From: an uncultured bacterium
GTDB taxonomy: Bacteria > Patescibacteriota > Minisyncoccia > Phycocordibacterales > UBA9973
Assembly (NCBI GenBank): GCA_903892035.1
Contig: CAITGV010000001.1
Location: 291,310-355,309, forward strand
DNA length: 64,000 nt
Direction of reading: 5' to 3'
Of this stretch, positions 54,379-61,096 are shown piece by piece. The notes beneath the pieces are model-generated. The model was not told the DNA's origin. It did no database searches and saw nothing but the letters and a program-made list of their open reading frames with translations. The position numbers and the translations under genes were made by a program. Position 1 is the stretch's first letter; each line of letters begins with the position of its first letter.

Positions 54379-54975
54379 ATGATTGAAGTAGAAAAAAAGT
54401 TCCAGCCGACAGAAGAACAAACTCGTAAACTTACTGAGGGAGCTTTATTGATATCGAAAAAAAATGTAATTGATATTTACTATGATACAGCGAAGTTTGA
54501 TTTTGCAAAAAAATCTATGTGGCTCCGAAATCGTGATGGTATCTGGGAGCTCAAAGCCTATTCTAGTTATGGAGGAACTGGTAAATCTGAAGTTGCTGAT
54601 GAGATTTTAGATGAAATAGAAATTATAAAGAAGTTGGGATACTCTACTAATTTTATTTCAGTAAATCAACTAGCTGAAAAGCTTATTATCCTTGGAAAAA
54701 TAAATACCGAAAGAAAAAAATATTCTCGAGAAGGTTTTGTAATTGATTTTGACATAACAGATTTCGGACTAAACAAAACAGACATCGAGCTTCTTGTTGA
54801 TGATGAATCTAAGATTGAAGAAGCAAATCAAAAAATTATATCTTTTGCTAAACAATTTGATTTAATTGAAGTTGATATTCCCACTAAGCCTGCGGAATAT
54901 TTACGTCGAATGAGACCAGAAAGCTATAACGAAATTTTAGGAAATAATAATGAAATGAAAAACAGAATGAAATGA
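54379..54975 (+). CDS. CYTH domain protein
   Basis: EVEKKF N-terminal ExExK motif, D.YYD, WLR.R and WELK. Confidence 0.85.
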   Translation: MIEVEKKFQPTEEQTRKLTEGALLISKKNVIDIYYDTAKFDFAKKSMWLRNRDGIWELKAYSSYGGTGKSEVADEILDEIEIIKKLGYSTNFISVNQLAEKLIILGKINTERKKYSREGFVIDFDITDFGLNKTDIELLVDDESKIEEANQKIISFAKQFDLIEVDIPTKPAEYLRRMRPESYNEILGNNNEMKNRMK

Positions 54976-55367
54976 TTCTCCAAGTTGGTGTGAAAATTTT
55001 ATTGAAGAATAAAGAGGGTAAATACCTGGTTGTTTGTAGGAGCGTGGAAAAATATCCGACTGTCGGTGCGAAATGGGATATGGCAGGAGGGAGAATTGAT
55101 CCAGGGACCACTTTACTGGAAAATTTAAAAAGAGAAGTGATGGAAGAAACAGGGCTTGAAATAAATGGCGAGCCTCGTCTTGTGTCTGCGCAAGATATTT
55201 TAAAAGAGGACAAGCATGTGGTACGCTTGAGCTATGTGGGGCAGGCCGATGGCGAAGTCGTACTTTCTGATGAGCATTCTGATTTCAAGTGGCTCACAAT
55301 AGAGGAAATAGAAAAACTCGATCCGCTCGACAAATATTTTAAAGAAATTATCAGTTTATATAAATAA
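54972..55367 (+). CDS. Nudix hydrolase
   Basis: GG.I..G......L.REV.EETGL Nudix box and LSDEH. Confidence 0.9.
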   Translation: MILQVGVKILLKNKEGKYLVVCRSVEKYPTVGAKWDMAGGRIDPGTTLLENLKREVMEETGLEINGEPRLVSAQDILKEDKHVVRLSYVGQADGEVVLSDEHSDFKWLTIEEIEKLDPLDKYFKEIISLYK

Positions 55368-55368
55368 A

Positions 55369-55785
55369 ATGCAAAACGATCAGATAAAAGTCGGAGTTGG
55401 TGTAATGATACTGAAAGACGGAAAAGTGTTGATGGGTAAAAGAAAAGGGAAGCACGGCGCTGACGAATATGGTTGGCCAGGTGGGCACCTTGATTACATG
55501 GAATCAATTGTTGGCTGTGCGAAAAGGGAAGTTTTTGAGGAAACGGGAATTCAAATAAAAAATATTCGTTTTTTGCGTTTGTTAAATATGAAAGAATACA
55601 GCAGACACTATCTAGATATTGCAATGACTGCTGAATGGGAAAGCGGAGAGGTAGAGTTGAGAGAGCCTGAAAAATGCGAAGGTTGGGCTTGGTATGATAC
55701 AGATAATTTACCAAAACCACTTTTTGCTCCAGTCCCGACATTTTTTGAAGCATTAAAAACTGGTCAAAATTTTTTTGATAATTAA
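55369..55785 (+). CDS. Nudix hydrolase (NUDT15-like)
   Basis: VGVGV, RKGKHG, PGGHL...E....CA.REV.EETG and EPEKCEGW.W motifs. Confidence 0.92.
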   Translation: MQNDQIKVGVGVMILKDGKVLMGKRKGKHGADEYGWPGGHLDYMESIVGCAKREVFEETGIQIKNIRFLRLLNMKEYSRHYLDIAMTAEWESGEVELREPEKCEGWAWYDTDNLPKPLFAPVPTFFEALKTGQNFFDN

Positions 55786-55786
55786 A

Positions 55787-56374
55787 ATGCTTCCGCAACA
55801 GATCGTCTACATTTCTATATTCACCTCGATGTTTGCCGGGTATTTTTATATACGCGATACGATAAATGGTAAAACAAAACCAAATCTTGTGTCGTGGTTT
55901 ATTTGGTTTCTCGCGACGACGATTGCAGGTACAGTTTCGCTTGTAAAGGGAGGTGGAATATCTGCATTGCCTATATTGATGGCAGGGTTTACTCCATTTG
56001 CAATTATCTTGATATCTTTTTGGAAAAAAAATGGATATTGGAAATTAGGCTTGCTTGATTATTTTTGCTTGACCTTTGCGCTTGTGGCAGTGTTGAGCTG
56101 GGTACTTTTAAAAGAAGGAACAATCGCGACGATATGTGCGATACTGGCAGACCTTATCGCTTTCATTCCGACATTTGTAAAATCTTGGAAAGATCCCGAT
56201 AGTGAAAACATTTGGCCATATTGTTCGGGAATATTTAACCCTTTTCTTACTCTGGCAACAATAAGTGTTTTCTCTTTCAATACTATAGGTTTTGCGGTGT
56301 ATCTTTTCTTTGGAAATTTGACTGAAGTCTTGATAGTTCTTGTAAAAAGGAGACTAAAAAATAAAATAGTCTAA
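55787..56374 (+). CDS. Hypothetical multi-TM protein (PQ-loop-like)
   Basis: G.TKPN..SW.IW and PT..K.W..P.SE patterns. Confidence 0.7.
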   Translation: MLPQQIVYISIFTSMFAGYFYIRDTINGKTKPNLVSWFIWFLATTIAGTVSLVKGGGISALPILMAGFTPFAIILISFWKKNGYWKLGLLDYFCLTFALVAVLSWVLLKEGTIATICAILADLIAFIPTFVKSWKDPDSENIWPYCSGIFNPFLTLATISVFSFNTIGFAVYLFFGNLTEVLIVLVKRRLKNKIV

Positions 56375-56401
56375 AAAGCCGTTTTCTGCTATATTTTCTG
56401 T

Positions 56402-57097
56402 ATGGTAAAAAAGGGAAAATTGATTGTCATAGACGGCACAGATGGAAGCGGAAAAGCGACGCAGGTCGCGCTTTTGGAAATGAAGCTGAAGAAAGATGGA
56501 AGGACAGTGAAGATTGTAGATTTTCCAGAATATTATAAAAATTTTTTCGGAGAGTTTATCGGCCACTGTCTTTCCGAACAATATTACAATTTCGTGAAAG
56601 TGCATCCAAAAATTGCTTCTGTACTTTATGCTGCAGACCGTTTTGAATCAAAAGGGGAGCTTGAATCATGGCTTTCACTCGGCTACGTAGTACTTGCAAA
56701 TCGCTATGTTTCTGCAAACCAAATTCACCAGGGTGGAAAAATTTCAAACCCAAGCAAGCGTGCTGCATATATGAAATGGCTTGAAAAAATGGAATACGAA
56801 GTTTTTAAAATTCCAAGACCAGACGTCGTACTCTACCTCGATGTACCTATTGAACTAACTTCCAAAATGATGAAAGAGAGAAATAAAAATGATAAAGGCC
56901 GCGCGTACTTGGGAAAGAAAAAAGATGTTCATGAAAAAGATCAAAATTTTTTAGAAAACTCTCGCAAAAGCGCACTCTGGCTCACAAAGCATGATCGCAA
57001 TTTTATAAAAATCGAATGCGCGAAAAAAGGTACGATGCTTTCGCGTGATGAAATTCACGGCATGATTTATGAAAATGTTAAAAATATTTTGAAATAA
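56402..57097 (+). CDS. tmk: Thymidylate kinase
   Basis: IDGTDGSGKATQ, LYAADR, RY..AN and PD...YL motifs. Confidence 0.92.
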   Translation: MVKKGKLIVIDGTDGSGKATQVALLEMKLKKDGRTVKIVDFPEYYKNFFGEFIGHCLSEQYYNFVKVHPKIASVLYAADRFESKGELESWLSLGYVVLANRYVSANQIHQGGKISNPSKRAAYMKWLEKMEYEVFKIPRPDVVLYLDVPIELTSKMMKERNKNDKGRAYLGKKKDVHEKDQNFLENSRKSALWLTKHDRNFIKIECAKKGTMLSRDEIHGMIYENVKNILK

Positions 57098-57098
57098 A

Positions 57099-57530
57099 AT
57101 GAAAATTAAGGTTAAAAAACTACATAATGATGCAAAACTTCCTACACATGGACATCCGGGTGATGCGGGGATGGATTTCTATGCAAGAGAAGATGTTTTT
57201 TTTCCTGCACATAAAAAAGAGCGAGTAAATACGGGAGTATCTGTAGAAATTCCAGATGGATATGTAGGAATGGTATGGGATAAATCTGGTATTTCCTTTA
57301 ATCTGGGACTAAAAGTAATGGGTGGTGTTATTGATTGTGGTTATCGTGGAGAGATAATTATGAATATGTTGAATACTTCAGATGCAGATATTCTTTTACC
57401 AAAAGGTCACAAAGTCGCACAAATGATTATACAAAAATTTGAACATTGTGATATTGTTGAAGTATCAGATTTATCTCACACCGTACGTGGTGAAGGTAGA
57501 GAAGGTAGTACAGGACATATGCATAAATAA
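57099..57530 (+). CDS. dut: dUTPase
   Basis: DAGMD, KSG, GVID.GYRGE, AQ and RG....GSTG motifs. Confidence 0.96.
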   Translation: MKIKVKKLHNDAKLPTHGHPGDAGMDFYAREDVFFPAHKKERVNTGVSVEIPDGYVGMVWDKSGISFNLGLKVMGGVIDCGYRGEIIMNMLNTSDADILLPKGHKVAQMIIQKFEHCDIVEVSDLSHTVRGEGREGSTGHMHK

Positions 57531-57538
57531 TCAAAATA

Positions 57539-59239
57539 ATGAAAACAGAAATAGAAAATAAAATAAAAGAAGTTTTAAAAAATTTAGGCATTGAAGAAAG
57601 TGTTTCGCTCGAGCGCCCAGCAGAAATGGCAAATGGTGACTATTCTACAAACGTCGCTCTTTCGTGTGCGAAAAAAATTGGAATGAATCCAAAAGAATTG
57701 GCAGAAAAAATAGTAAATGAATTAAACTTGCACATGTCTGACTTGTGCGAAAAAATTGAGACCGCTGGTCCGGGTTTTATAAATTTTTATTTGTCTCCTG
57801 AATATTATAAAAATGAAATTTCAAATATTTTAAAAAGTGAAAAAGACTATGGTAAAAATATTTTATTAAAAGGTAAAAAAGTAATGGTAGAGTACACTCA
57901 ACCAAATCCTTTCAAACCATTTCATATCGGGCACTTGATGAGTAATGCCATCGGTGAATCACTTTCTCGAATCGTGGAATTTTCTGGAGCAGAGACAATT
58001 CGTGCAAATTATCAGGGTGACATAGGTCTTCACGTTGCAAAAGCAATGTATGGAATTTTGAAATCTGGTGGTGCATATCCCGAAGGAAGTGTGGGAAGTA
58101 TCGCAGAGTTCATCGGTAAATGTTATAGCGATGCCTCAACACTTTACGAAGACAATGAAGAAATAAAAAATGAAATTGATATTTTAAATAAAAGACTTTA
58201 TGCACACGACAGTGAGCTCTGGCCTTTGTACGAAGAGGGAAGAAAGATTACGCTTGAAGCTTTTGAAGAACTTTATAAAATTCTCGGTACAAAATTTGAT
58301 GTGTATTATTTTGAATCGGAAATGGCTCAAGAGGGAACAAAGCTCGTGCAAGAATTTTTACAAAAAGGAATTTTTGAAAATTCCGATGGCGCAATAGTTT
58401 TTCACGCAGAAAAATATAATCCAAAACTTCACACACGCGTATTTTTAACAAAAGCTAATTTGCCGACTTATGAAGCAAAAGAAATTGGCTTAACTGTAAA
58501 AAAATTCCGAGATTACAATCCTGACATTTCAATTATCGATACAGCAACAGAACAAAAAGACTATATGGCAGTCGTCACAGAATCAATTCGCCAAATGTTT
58601 CCGAAAGATAAATATGCAGATCGCATGATGCACGTGACTCACGGCATGATGCGTTTTGCATCGGGTAAAATGAGTTCACGAAAAGGAAATGTCATCACAG
58701 GAGAATCGCTTGTACGCGATACAGTGGAAATTATTAAAGAAAAAATGGCAGAGAGAGAGTGGAACGATGCGGACAAGAGGGAAGTTGCCGAGATAGTCGG
58801 CGTGTCTGCAATAAAATATTCAATTCTTCGTTCAAAAATTGGTAGTGACATAGTTTACGATGTCGATAAATCAATTTCCACAGAAGGCGACTCTGGTCCA
58901 TATTTGCAATACTCCCTTACTCGAGCAAATTCAGTACTTAAAAAAGTTGCACCTCAAAACTTGGTAGTCGGAGTACCAAGTGAAATTGGTAACTTAGAAA
59001 AAATGCTTGTACGTTTTCCAGAAACTGTCGTACGTGCATGGACTGAGCTTGAACCGCACCATATCGTCACTTATTTGACCGAGCTTGCTGCAGCTTTCAA
59101 CAGTTTTTATGCTAAAGAAAAAATTTCAGATCCATCTGATCCAAATTCTCCATATCGTGTAGCACTTACTCAAGCATTTTCAATCGTTATGCAAAATGGT
59201 TTGTACTTGATAGGTATAAAAATTCCAAACAAGATGTAA
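57539..59239 (+). CDS. argS: Arginine--tRNA ligase
   Basis: GDYSTN, AGPGFIN, PNPFKPFHIGH, KMSSRKG and GPYLQY motifs. Confidence 0.97.
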   Translation: MKTEIENKIKEVLKNLGIEESVSLERPAEMANGDYSTNVALSCAKKIGMNPKELAEKIVNELNLHMSDLCEKIETAGPGFINFYLSPEYYKNEISNILKSEKDYGKNILLKGKKVMVEYTQPNPFKPFHIGHLMSNAIGESLSRIVEFSGAETIRANYQGDIGLHVAKAMYGILKSGGAYPEGSVGSIAEFIGKCYSDASTLYEDNEEIKNEIDILNKRLYAHDSELWPLYEEGRKITLEAFEELYKILGTKFDVYYFESEMAQEGTKLVQEFLQKGIFENSDGAIVFHAEKYNPKLHTRVFLTKANLPTYEAKEIGLTVKKFRDYNPDISIIDTATEQKDYMAVVTESIRQMFPKDKYADRMMHVTHGMMRFASGKMSSRKGNVITGESLVRDTVEIIKEKMAEREWNDADKREVAEIVGVSAIKYSILRSKIGSDIVYDVDKSISTEGDSGPYLQYSLTRANSVLKKVAPQNLVVGVPSEIGNLEKMLVRFPETVVRAWTELEPHHIVTYLTELAAAFNSFYAKEKISDPSDPNSPYRVALTQAFSIVMQNGLYLIGIKIPNKM

Positions 59240-59259
59240 TTGTAGTAGAATGCTACTAC

Positions 59260-61008
59260 ATGACCCAAAGTGAAGCACTAAATATTTTAAAGACTGGCGC
59301 AAATGTTTTTCTCACTGGTGAGCCGGGGGCGGGCAAGACGTATACTATAAATGCATATGTCTCATATTTGCTCGACAGTGGTATCACACCAGCCATCACA
59401 GCTTCGACAGGTATTGCCGCGACGCATATAGGCGGGATGACGATTCATTCGTGGAGCGGAATAGGTATTCGCACAAAGCTCGACAAATATGATTTAGACA
59501 AAATTACAAGTAGTGAATACATTGCAAAAAGAATTTTAAAAACAAAAGTTTTAATTATAGACGAAGTTTCGATGCTTTCTGCGGATATGCTCGATATGAT
59601 TGACGCAGTGTGTAGGGAAGTGCGACAAAATGAAGAAGCATTTGGTGGAATGCAAGTCGTACTTGTGGGAGATTTTTTTCAACTTCCACCAATTGTAAAA
59701 AATAATATTGTGGAGAGTAAACAGAATTCACTTTTACAAAAACCCAAAAATAAATCTTCAGCAAATTTTGCTTACGATGCTAGTGCGTGGGAGAGAGCGA
59801 AACCAATCGTTTGTTATTTGACCGAACAACATCGCCAGGATGATGATAATTTTCTTTCAGTGCTTTCGGCAATTCGAGCGGACAAAGTAGGTGAAGAGCA
59901 TTTTGATTTGATTACTCGCCGGCAGATAGTGGAGGACGATGCCCCAGAAGATGTGACAAAACTTTTCTCTCACAATTTTGATGTGGATCGCGTAAATACT
60001 ATTGAGCTTGAAAAATTGCAAACAAAAAAGAAAAATTTTTCAATGCATTCAAATGGACATGAAAATATTGTAAATTCTTTAAAAAAAGGTTGCCTTTCTC
60101 CCGAGGAACTTGAGTTGCGCGTCGGTGCTGTCGTAATGTGTACTAAAAATAATCAAAAAGAAAATTATGTAAATGGCACACTCGGTGTCGTCGTAGGTTT
60201 CGATGAATTTAGCAATTATCCAATTATTGAAACTCGTGACAGCAGGCACATCACTATCGAACCCGCAGATTGGGTAGTGGAAGAAAATGGTAAGATTCGC
60301 GCCGAGATCACTCAGATTCCTCTTCGACTTGCTTGGGCTATAACAGTGCACAAAAGCCAGGGAATGAGTCTAGACGCCGCAGTGATGGACCTTTCTCAGG
60401 TATTTGAATATGGGCAGGGCTATGTAGCCCTTTCTCGCGTACGCAGACTTTCTGGTTTGTATTTGCTTGGTATAAATGACAATGCGCTAAAGGTTCACCC
60501 AGAAGTTTTGGAGCAAGATATTTTGTTTAAAGAAAAATCTGAAAATGCAGTGCTGGCATTTAATAAAATTTCTGAAATTGGTTTGAAAAAAATGCACGAC
60601 AACTTTGTCACAGCTTGCGGTGGCAAGGTGCGAAAAGAGGGAACTGAAAGCCCACGAAGCAAGGCTTCGTGGGCTACAGCTCGAATGCCAAAAATAAAAA
60701 AAGTTGATACCAAACTCGCAACTTTGGCACTTTGGAATGAAGGCAAAACTATTTCTCAAATTTCAAAAATTCGCGAGCTCGCTCCGCAGACGATAATGGG
60801 CCACATCGAAGAGCTCGCAGATGCAGATAAAATTTCTCTTGTCGACATAGCTCGCCTCGTCACTCCAAAATTAAAAAAATCTCTTCCTGAAATTCACAAA
60901 GCCTTCCGCTCTGTCGGTGCCGACAAGCTCACACCCATCAAAGAGCATTTCAAAGACAAATACACTTTCGACGAACTCCGCATAGCAAGAATGCTTATAA
61001 ATAAATAA
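59260..61008 (+). CDS. PIF1/RecD-like SF1B helicase with C-terminal HTH
   Basis: TGEPGAGKT, IDEVSML, GDFFQLPP, AWAITVHKSQG and YVALSR motifs. Confidence 0.93.
   Translation: MTQSEALNILKTGANVFLTGEPGAGKTYTINAYVSYLLDSGITPAITASTGIAATHIGGMTIHSWSGIGIRTKLDKYDLDKITSSEYIAKRILKTKVLIIDEVSMLSADMLDMIDAVCREVRQNEEAFGGMQVVLVGDFFQLPPIVKNNIVESKQNSLLQKPKNKSSANFAYDASAWERAKPIVCYLTEQHRQDDDNFLSVLSAIRADKVGEEHFDLITRRQIVEDDAPEDVTKLFSHNFDVDRVNTIELEKLQTKKKNFSMHSNGHENIVNSLKKGCLSPEELELRVGAVVMCTKNNQKENYVNGTLGVVVGFDEFSNYPIIETRDSRHITIEPADWVVEENGKIRAEITQIPLRLAWAITVHKSQGMSLDAAVMDLSQVFEYGQGYVALSRVRRLSGLYLLGINDNALKVHPEVLEQDILFKEKSENAVLAFNKISEIGLKKMHDNFVTACGGKVRKEGTESPRSKASWATARMPKIKKVDTKLATLALWNEGKTISQISKIRELAPQTIMGHIEELADADKISLVDIARLVTPKLKKSLPEIHKAFRSVGADKLTPIKEHFKDKYTFDELRIARMLINK
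60649..60675. repeat. In-frame palindromic element inside CDS
   Basis: 12-bp perfect arms agcccacgaagc-aag-gcttcgtgggct; 27 nt in total. Confidence 0.9.
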
Positions 61009-61032
61009 TCACACAGGATAATCCTGTGTGAT
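61008..61032. repeat. Intergenic palindrome with a 1-nt spacer
   Basis: atcacacaggat-a-atcctgtgtgat. Confidence 0.85.
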
Positions 61033-61096
61033 AGGGTTTAAGTTATCCACCTTTTACCTTTTCTAAAAATTTTAAAGAGTTATAATTTTATTTAAT

